Positions 1 to 8,139 of a DNA stretch of 29,083 nt are shown one piece after another. Location: NCBI GenBank assembly GCA_000182565.2, contig KQ257456.1; one strand, given 5' to 3'. The notes under the pieces are model-generated. The model saw only the letters and a list, made by a program, of their open reading frames with translations, did not search any database and had not been told where the DNA came from. The DNA comes from Spizellomyces punctatus DAOM BR117 (lineage: Eukaryota). Made by a program: the position numbers and the translations under genes. Numbering within the stretch: position 1 is the stretch's first letter; every line of letters begins with the position of its first letter.

Positions 1-441
1 GGGTGTGATTTCTGCTGCGACAGTACATAGTATGTGTTAGTAGTTGCTAGGGTATATGTAGCTTTTGGATTGGTAGCAGCTTTCTTGTTTCTTCTTTTTT
101 AATACTTGAAAATATCATTCTCGTTACCGCATTACAATTATACAATGCATTCGGATGGCAACAGCGATTGCCTTGGCTCGCCCCATGTTGCCAACGTTGA
201 AAACCTCTGCATTCTAGCGCAAATGTCGGAAGCGAAGTGTAGGCCCTGATTTTCTATGGAACCAATGCAACCCCTTCCAATCGGTTGTTTGGTGGCGGAT
301 TGTGTTTTGATCTGTTGACATATGAACCGTCTTCAACTTTTGATTCTAATGCGAATTTCCAAGTTCATATCTAGCATCTACAGCATCCTTTTTGGATATT
401 CATTTCGTTCAAATGCATCCTTTTTGTCCTTTACCATTTTC

Positions 442-530
442 AACCTGTAGAGTACGTAGTGTAGAGGTGACAGAAACTGGCACTAGCTACTACACCAGGG
501 AATAAACCGGCGACAACCGGTTCGGAAAAG
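442..530 (-). ncRNA. Fanzor omegaRNA, divergent 'ghost'-type scaffold (530-457) plus flank-derived guide (from 456 downward, CGTACTCTACAGGTT...)
   Basis: Minus strand reads CTTTTCCGAACCGGTTGTCGCCGGTTTATTCCCTGGTGTAGTAGCTAGTGCCAGTTTCTGTCACCTCTACACTA. It aligns with the copy at 28496-28422. Stem AACCGG/CCGGTT is kept and stem GTGTAG/CTACAC covaries with the other copy. Guide length (~15 nt) is assumed from published SpuFz1 RNAs. Confidence 0.8.
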
Positions 531-1208
531 CTAACTAAGCTACTACTAGGCAATTATACACGCAATACGTAACGGTTGGTTCTAACCGGATAATTGCCCA
601 CCACCACACGCGGTCCCTACTAGGCCTTGATCTGGAACTCTTGATGGCATTGAAGCCAGACTCTTGCATCCAGGAGCGAATCGACTGGGCAGCGTCACAA
701 GCCAGAGGATGTTCAGTGACAAGGCTTGGAGACTAGAGAAAATGCATGTCAGAAGATGACCCGATGACAAGAAATAAAATGATGCAATCAGTACATACCA
801 ACCAAGCTCAACCAATGTGGCAGCATAATAGTAGGTTTTGTTATCGGATCCGATTGGTTGCCGCTGGTTCTGATCACGGTTGCTGTCGGGCGGTCGAGGT
901 CCTCGGCACCAGAGCAGTATTCTCATGATTGGACTGAGACTTGTTGGGTGGATGCTTTGAGTCGAGGATGGGTAAAGAGGAAAGAGGGAAGAGGGAGCAG
1001 GTCCCCCGTTTATAGACCTTTGGCATGCGCCTCACCGCAGTTTAAAAAAAAAGCTACATTAGCATGCCACACCGCAGTTTGGAGAACATTAGCATCCATG
1101 CCTCCTCACCGCTTTGAGCAATGATGGGGGTTCTGATTATGCGATATGATTAACCGGATTAATCCGGATAATAATGGGTCCTAGTGCCATTTTCAATCAC
1201 CTCCACAC
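459..1208 (-). mobile_element. Complete 750-bp non-autonomous Fanzor-associated TIR element (Spu-1-like 'ghost'/MITE) with TA target-site duplication
   Basis: 28-bp imperfect TIRs: 459-486 GTGTAGAGGTGACAGAAACTGGCACTAG vs reverse complement of 1181-1208 GTGTGGAGGTGATTGAAAATGGCACTAG (24/28). TA flanks both ends (457-458, 1209-1210). 1209-1212 TATG reads CATA on the minus strand, the known SpuFz1 TAM. An omegaRNA-like scaffold occupies the opposite end. No Fanzor ORF is recognisable inside. Confidence 0.92.
1023..1115. repeat. Three imperfect tandem copies of an (ACATTA)GCATG..CACCGC(AG)TTT unit inside the element
   Basis: 1023-1043 gcatgcgcctcaccgcagttt; 1056-1080 acattagcatgccacaccgcagttt; 1086-1115 acattagcatccatgcctcctcaccgcttt. 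Confidence 0.75.
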
Positions 1209-1499
1209 TATGATATTTTTGAATCCAAAAGGGCAGGAACGAATCAGGGCTTCTCCTCGAGCGGTAAGTGCTTAGTCACTGCTTACGTAACACACGACGC
1301 AACTTGTGACACTTTCATTTGAGGATTCTACAAAGCAAAATTCCCACGCTCCGGTTGACGGTCAGCGTTTTTCAAGAGCATTTTAAACATTTCTTTTTCA
1401 CGGTGGACGTTTTCGTCTGTTTTGGAGAGGGTTACAAACCCACTTGGCTCTTGGGAACTTACCTAGGCAGCATTGGTTGCGGCCGTTGCTTCCGTCAGG

Positions 1500-4400
1500 A
1501 TGCCCTTTTGGAGTAGGAACAAGAAGAGGAGAGCGAGGACGCCTCCTCCTAACCTGCAAACGCCGCCTGGACAGCACCACTCTCCTTCCGCACTGTCCTT
1601 CTTTGGCTTTAGAAAGCGGAGTCCTTCGCCGTTTACCGCACTCCGTTCTCGTGATTCTCCCTCGTCTCCAGAGTCTGGTGGACATGGAGGCAGTGCCAGA
1701 GATCTACCCTACCACCCACACCACTACAGCGAGGGATTCCTTTCTCCACCAGACCGGCGCTTTAACTTTGAATTAGAATATGATAGAGCGGCCGCCGAAG
1801 CTGCTTCTGACAAGCGTGCTCCTCGGGTACCCTCAAAGGCCCATGAGAGCGTGTCAAACAAGCCGGCAACGACACCGGTCGTCGTTGTCACGTCAACAGG
1901 ACCGTCGTGCGTAATACAGTGCGATCGTCACAAGACTGTGCAGTGGGCGTTAGAGAAGGCTAGTACATTGCTTCCAAAGGACCACTCGGAGTTGGTGGAG
2001 GCTAGAGGACCTGATGGGAAGAAGGCTCTGGGAAGCGAGAGAGTTTTGGATTTTTGTGGAGTCAATAAAGTGAGTGTTGACTGGAAGAATCGCTATACAT
2101 ATATATATGATCAGGCAGTTCTGGTAATGTTGCATATATGGATACTGATAAACTTCATTTGACGGTGTGTGTAGATTCTCGTAGTTACAGTGGCGACTCC
2201 CGAATTCAATCGACGTGCTAGTGTAGACTCGCCTGGTGGATATATAAGCGCCCGGGACGGTCGCGAAGCTTTTGATTTTGAAGATTTGCGACGCAGCTCA
2301 AAATTGGATCGAGAGGAGCGTCATTCGAGACGGCTTGCCTTGGTCGGATCGAAGGGCCGTCGGGATGCGGACGTCTCTTCGCGAACCCTTTTACCAGAGT
2401 CGCGCGAACAAAGTTTCGATGCTGGCATCGAGGCTGACATTCTTGCAGGCCATCCTTCGCGTATGCCCAGACCTGTCAGTCCCAGGTTCGATCGTGCTGC
2501 TACCCCCTCTCCTCTACCGTTTGAAGGACGTCGCTCAAGTAGGGACGAACGTGCAAGCCGGCCTAGTCGTGATGACTATGCTGAAAGGCGCGGCAGCAGA
2601 AATAGCAGGGAGGAAAGGTCAAGTAGAGATAGTCAAGATGACCGAGCAAGTCGCACTAGTCGAGATGAGAGCAGAAGCAGTCGCGAGTTTGGTCGAGCGC
2701 GTTCTCCTGTTCGGTCATCCTCTCGTCTTTCGGGACTTGACAGTGTCATGGAGGACTTGGCGAAAATGGCTGATCATGAAGGGGGTTGGGTTTCTGCTGT
2801 GAGCCCAAATCAACGTATCAGCCATGGAGATCCTTCTTCAGGTCGTGCTGGTCGTGTATTAGAGGACCAGAAAATGGTGCATGAAGCCGAGAGCTACTCC
2901 TCTCTGGCTGCACCAGCTGCCGAGGTAAGCGGCTCACAGCGATCCCAATCCCCGCTCCCGAGGCTCCTTACGCAGCCGTTGCGAAGATCTCCATCTGAGT
3001 CATCATCTTTGCTTGCGCAGGAGAGCCCTGTCTCTAGGAATCCGCTGAATCGGCACGACGTTGATCGACGCTTGACGGAGATTTTGACCTCTGGTATGCA
3101 CATGAACATCAAAATATAGCGAGTAATATTGTATTTACAGTTATGTCCTGGTTAGTTGGAATGGAGATCGATGATGCCCTGAACGAATTATCCCTTGGAG
3201 ATGGTAAGGCTGGGTACTGCTTTACACGGGTATGATTGCACGGTTAACAGTACATGCAGAACGCACAGACTCAGAACCACCCTCCCCACCGCCAACATCT
3301 CCCGTTGATGAGCTTCCGGACTTTGATGATGTGTCGGATGATAGCTCGTCGCGACGCTCTGTTCGAAAATCCCGCCGCTTGACGCGAATATCGCGTGCAT
3401 CGGCTCTCGATATTTTTGCAGCGTTAGGTATGAACGCCGAATATCTGAATGTGACATTGAGCAGAAAGGCTGATGTGTATTCAACGTATGATGCAGAGCA
3501 ACAAGCGAAGGAAGAGCCTACACCGGACCTAGATACTCCCATGCTTGCCCTACCGGTTTCCGATACCGCTTCCCGGAGAGTGAGTCGCATTTCGCGAGCT
3601 TCCGCGCTTGACATGTTCTCCAGTATGCGCAGCTCGAGCAGGTCAGATGATGGGGAAGACGAAGGATATGAACAAGTGGAACGAGAAGAACTAATAGATG
3701 CGGAACCTCGCTTGTCTTCCGTTGATGTACCTAATCCTACACCAGCACCAGCTCCGCCACCTCCTCCATCTGATAGTGTTGTTCCGTCTGCATTGGTTAC
3801 AACAGCCCCAGCTGCCCCAACGCTGCCAGTGACGAGTACGGAGGCAAAAGCGGGGCCACCTCCACCACCACCGCTCCCACCGGTGATGGTTTTCGAAGAG
3901 TCAGCAATTCCTCCTCCACCTCCACCTCCACCTGTGATGACTTTTGAACCCTCCGCGATCCCGCCGCCGCCGCCCCCACCACCTGTCATGGTTTTTGAAG
4001 ACTCTTCAATACCGCCCCCACCACCACCACCACCTGTCATGGTGTTTGAAAACTCGCCAATTCCGCCCCCTCCTCCACCACCTCCGCCCATGATATTTGA
4101 GAATGCCGGCAGCATACCTCCACCGCCGCCGCCTCCACCGCCCCCTCCTCCAGCTCTTGGGATCCCTCCGCCACCTCCTCCTCCACCTCCACCTCCCGGT
4201 GCAGGCCCCCCACCACCACCCCCGCCCCCTCCACCAGGCGGTGGGCCACCACCTCCACCACCGCCGCCATCAACAGCTGCGCCCGCATCCGCAGGAGACC
4301 TTCAATCTGCATTTTTGGCAGAGCTGCGAGATCCTAATAGAAGAAAAAAGCTTCGGAAGGTCAAAGTACCAGAGAGACCTCCTCCATCGGAAGCGGACAA

Positions 4401-5684
4401 AGCAGCGCAGGAGGCAAAGCAGAAGGAAGCGGAGAAGGGTAATGACGAAGCGGAGCGGCAGGAGCTGTATATTGAGCTTCTAGGCTACATGGAAGCACCG
4501 AATGGGAATATTGAGGAGCTCTCAGACAAAGCAAAGACTCAAACGAATTTAGTGCGAAGCTTTGTGTTCACTTTAATCCGCAAGGGATGGGTCCGTGGGT
4601 ATCGGGTCACTGACAATCTGCCAGAGGAAAAGGAGACCAAGGGCCCCAAAGGGAAGTCCAAAGGTCGCGCGCCATTGAAGGTGTGGCTGGGACGAGAGGG
4701 CATGATGTGCATCGAGCTGGAAGATTTAACGGGCGAAGAGCTGGTTGCCAAAGTTGGTGGCGAGAAAGCAGACCCACTTTCTATGCCAAATGATGATGGA
4801 AATGTGGTCAAACGCAAAGGCGAAGTGGCCCGTGTATACATGTATCGATTTGACGAGAAGTCAAAGCAACACGTCTTGGATGAAGTCGCGCTGGTCGCCA
4901 CAGGATCGTTCCCCAAAAAAACCAAGCGCTTTGATGACCCCGAACCACCCCAGGACTCGAGCTTGCATAATAGACGGAAATGGGAAGCGTGGAATGAAAA
5001 GAAACTTCAGTACCTGCAGAGTGACTGGCCGCAATTTGAGTTGATTTTCAACAAACTGGTGAGTGCCACCTGTCTTCTGCCTGAAAAAAAGTACACTGGC
5101 GCTTATTGTGTCCAATCACGTAGATGGCTACATCGTCTATTGTACAGTCCATTCACCATCAGCTCCATCAAACACTTGCTGAAATGCGGGCTATGGGTGA
5201 AGCCATGCATGACACATTTGCAGCGTTCCCTGTGACGCAAGTGCGCCGAATCGTAGAGTCCATACCGGGGCGGATCAAGGAAGTTGCAAAGAAGCTTCAG
5301 AAGCAGACTGGCATCATCATTCGCGATGAGTCTTTGAAGTTGACTCCGGAATTCCTGCGCTTGATGAATTTGGCACCTGATGGTACTGATAAGCAAGACA
5401 CGGCGACTGGTCCTGGCATTGGCGGGGCTCCGATATCCGAAACGCCATCTAACCCAATGGCGCGACCTGCCACCTTAGTTCATTCCCAGACTGCCCCGTC
5501 CTTGTCCACTGCGGCTGAACCAAACGCGACAGGTGAACAGTCGGGGAGTGCGAATATGCTCAATCCAAAGGGCATGATTACGATGGCGGGACTTCCCTTT
5601 GACGTCCTTCTCCCGTTGTTGAAGAAGTCCTTCAACAAGCAGGAGATTGGCGATGACAGGTTGTCGAGGCGTTTGACGCTATAA
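1500..5684 (+). CDS. Large (~1,300 aa) polyproline- and WH2-containing putative actin regulator, 5 exons
   Basis: ATG 1500. GT-AG introns 2070-2174, 3094-3155 (or -3140), 3204-3250 (or -3259) and 5059-5123 join ORFs 1473.., 2190.., 3232.. and 5124.. in frame. Stop at 5682-5684. Long polyproline tract, followed by a WH2-like helix+LxKV motif GDLQSAFLAELRDPNRRKKLRKV (4294-4362). Confidence 0.85.
3883..4137 (+). repeat. Five coding tandem repeats with a 51-nt (17-aa) period, VMxFExSxI-P8
   Basis: Units start at 3883, 3934, 3985, 4036 and 4087: VMVFEESAI, VMTFEPSAI, VMVFEDSSI, VMVFENSPI and PMIFENAGSI, each followed by a proline run. Confidence 0.9.
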
Positions 5685-6390
5685 CCCTATTTCGTGTGTG
5701 CTTTATCTGTGAGGTTTATTAGATGGAACGTTTTTTGGGCTCTAGAACTGCAATTGCTATTGCCACATAGACTTTTTTCTTTTTGTTACATACTATTGTT
5801 TCATCATTTTTAAATAATACTGTGCTAATCGGGGTGTTTCGTACTTTCGAACCTTCTTCTTCAAGCACCCTCATCTCTGTCAGCATGGCCAACTACATGA
5901 CAAAAAGATGCTGAGGCCACCCAACAAAAACCGGTTTCACCATATGAAAGAAGAACTGAGGCGCGTTTGGATCTCCAGTCAAACAAGCTTTGGGAGTGAT
6001 GTTTGGAGCCTAGCTCGTGCTTTTAGTCTGGCTTCCGTAATCTCATGCTTGCTAAACAGGACCATCGTTCCCAGGACAGGACACGAACATAAAATCCGGA
6101 GCCTGTAATCGATAGTTGGGTTTGGGGATTAACTCACAGGAGTAGCTTGAAGCACGTGCCTAAATAAATTAAAAACAAAAATTCCCTTCGGAGCCAATGA
6201 AGCACGAAGCCACTCTCAAGCAAGTTTTATATATTTTTCCTATTGAGTGACTGTGCCATGGCTTCCCCGTTTTATTTAACAAGAAAATTCGGGGGGAAAC
6301 GATCAGATTGGATAAGCCAGGGCCGCTCGGGATGTATATATCCAAGTTATCCCTCGTTTACCACCGTTTGGTCGACATCTGAGACTCGCC

Positions 6391-7846
6391 ATGGAGGAGC
6401 TTTCCGACTGGCATGGCGAGCAGAGTAAACCATTGCTGCTCACGCTCATAGCAAGGCAAGATGTGAGCGGCAGGAGGGAGCCAACAACGTATACGGATAC
6501 TCAGGTGGTCGATTTGAACTTGCGGGTCGCTGCTATGACTCTGATGTGTGGTGAGGAGGCCTCTGGTCCTTTGATCGTATCAAATTTAGTATTCACAGGG
6601 GGATATGTCATCTAGTCAACATTGCAGTCTACTTTATCGCCTTCAAGAATAGATCGTCCCTTGTCAGCCGTCTCATTCTCGTCTTCCTCCTTGCTCAAAT
6701 CAGTGGTGTCATTGTTCAAGCAATTCCAAAGTTTCAACAAACAAAAAAGTGAGTTTTTCCATACCAAGTTGTGATTGGATCAAGGTGCTGACTCTAACGT
6801 GGCACCCTTTCACAGTGATGTACTTACCATCTACATTGGTATCTTCCTCCTGTTGCTCGCTTCTGAAACGTTCAATTGGGTTCTCTACGTGAGATTCAAC
6901 CTCGTGGCTCCCTTCAATCGCAAGTTGAGATTGATCACGCTGACCTGGCTGTGCATCGAGACGCTATGTATTACTGGCAACTACCTCTTATGGTGTTATG
7001 GCGTCGCCTCGGGCAAGGGGGAATACAGAGTTTTATCTGCAAAGATATACTCTGGATTGAGCGTGATCCAAGCGGCCAGTGCTTTGGTCATGTCTGGATG
7101 TGAGTATCGGCCTTTTTTCAGAACCACACTCGAAGATGTTATGGCTCATTGTCAACAATCCAGATTTTGTTAGCATCTACTACTTTCCCAAACTGCTCCG
7201 GTTGCGATCGACATCGACCACCAAAATCGTCTTTTCCCGCTTCTTCACGGGCGGGCTCCTCTATCTCGCATTAGAATGTGTTCTTCATCTGGGTTACACA
7301 GTGCTTTTCTACATTACACCCGAGCATCAAACATCCGCAAATTCAGTCACAACGGCCGTCAGATACGCAATCTTCCTCGTATTCATCTTCCAGATCCGAA
7401 ATGCAACCGCAGAAAGTTCACTGGGCGATGACGAATCTGGAACAGCTGATGTCACTATGAATTTTTTTCGCACAGCAGCAGTAAAAGATGATGGATTCTC
7501 GGATGGTCCGATTTTTCATGGGCATTATACACCACCAAAGTTACCTCAAAAAACCTTTTCGAGCGTGATGTATGCGTACCGCTCCGATTTTTCCCCCGAT
7601 GATGGTGCACAGGAAGTGTCAATAGGTTACGTGCCATCGAAACAAGCTGAAGTTCAATACGCCGACGTCCACACTGTCCGTCAACATTCTGCAGAGATTG
7701 ATGATTCAAGTTCGCAGTCATCCTCCAGTCCGCGACAGTCAATGTATGCAGGATCCATTATGTCACCTCCACCAGAGGGAGGCGTGGAATGGCCTGGAAA
7801 ATATGTGTTGGGAAAGAGATATTCGAGTTCGGTTGATACAATTTGA
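6391..7846 (+). CDS. Seven-transmembrane, GPCR-like membrane protein with long Ser-rich C-terminal tail (~410 aa; 5' end uncertain)
   Basis: Exons 6452-6550, 6599-6748, 6816-7099 and 7164-7846 join in frame through GT-AG introns. Seven hydrophobic segments: WGICHLVNIAVYFIAF; LILVFLLAQISGVIV; IYIGIFLLLLASETFNWVLY; LITLTWLCIETLCITGNYLLW; IYSGLSVIQAASALVMSGYFVSIYYF; GGLLYLALECVLHLGYTVLFYI; SVTTAVRYAIFLVFIF. The start at 6391 needs a GC-AG intron and is tentative. Confidence 0.75.
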
Positions 7847-8139
7847 TCACCACGAGCTTCAGTATTCATAAGCCGCAGAAGGTTGTTGTCGGCAATGTAC
7901 AGTATGGTAGCGTTGTTATGGTTCTAGTGTATATATGTATATATGTGTGGAGTTTGTTGAGTAGTGGTTTGATGGAGTATGAGACGATCCAAGTATGCAG
8001 GCATGGTTGGGCAGACATATATTGGGATTGCATCAAAAAAGTGCATCTTTTGAAATGTAATTAAGAAACTCAAAAGTCTCACAGTGGCACGACTGCTTCC
8101 GTATAGTACTCTCTACCGCCCCCCCCCCCCCATGTCATA

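Noticed and set aside
437-456. In-window targets for either guide; CTCTACA shared by both flanks
   Set aside because: By eye I found no CATA+guide match (nearest are TATACGTAC ~16779 and CATACTAG ~8136). The shared 7-mer is in opposite orientation relative to the two elements and is plausibly chance.
1023-1115. CRISPR-like array
   Set aside because: Only three degenerate units with very short gaps, in eukaryotic DNA, with no cas genes.
3222-4115. 297-aa Gly-rich minus-strand ORF
   Set aside because: Antisense shadow of the polyproline exon.
3856-5058. Formin (FH1-FH2)
   Set aside because: Polyproline is followed by a WH2-like motif, and no FH2 signature motifs are recognisable.
7320-7400. 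Opsin identity for the 7TM protein
   Set aside because: No retinal-binding Lys in the seventh helix.
8119-8131. C13 tract (G-run in the 3' UTR of the F-BAR gene) as a functional G-quadruplex
   Set aside because: A single homopolymer with no further support.
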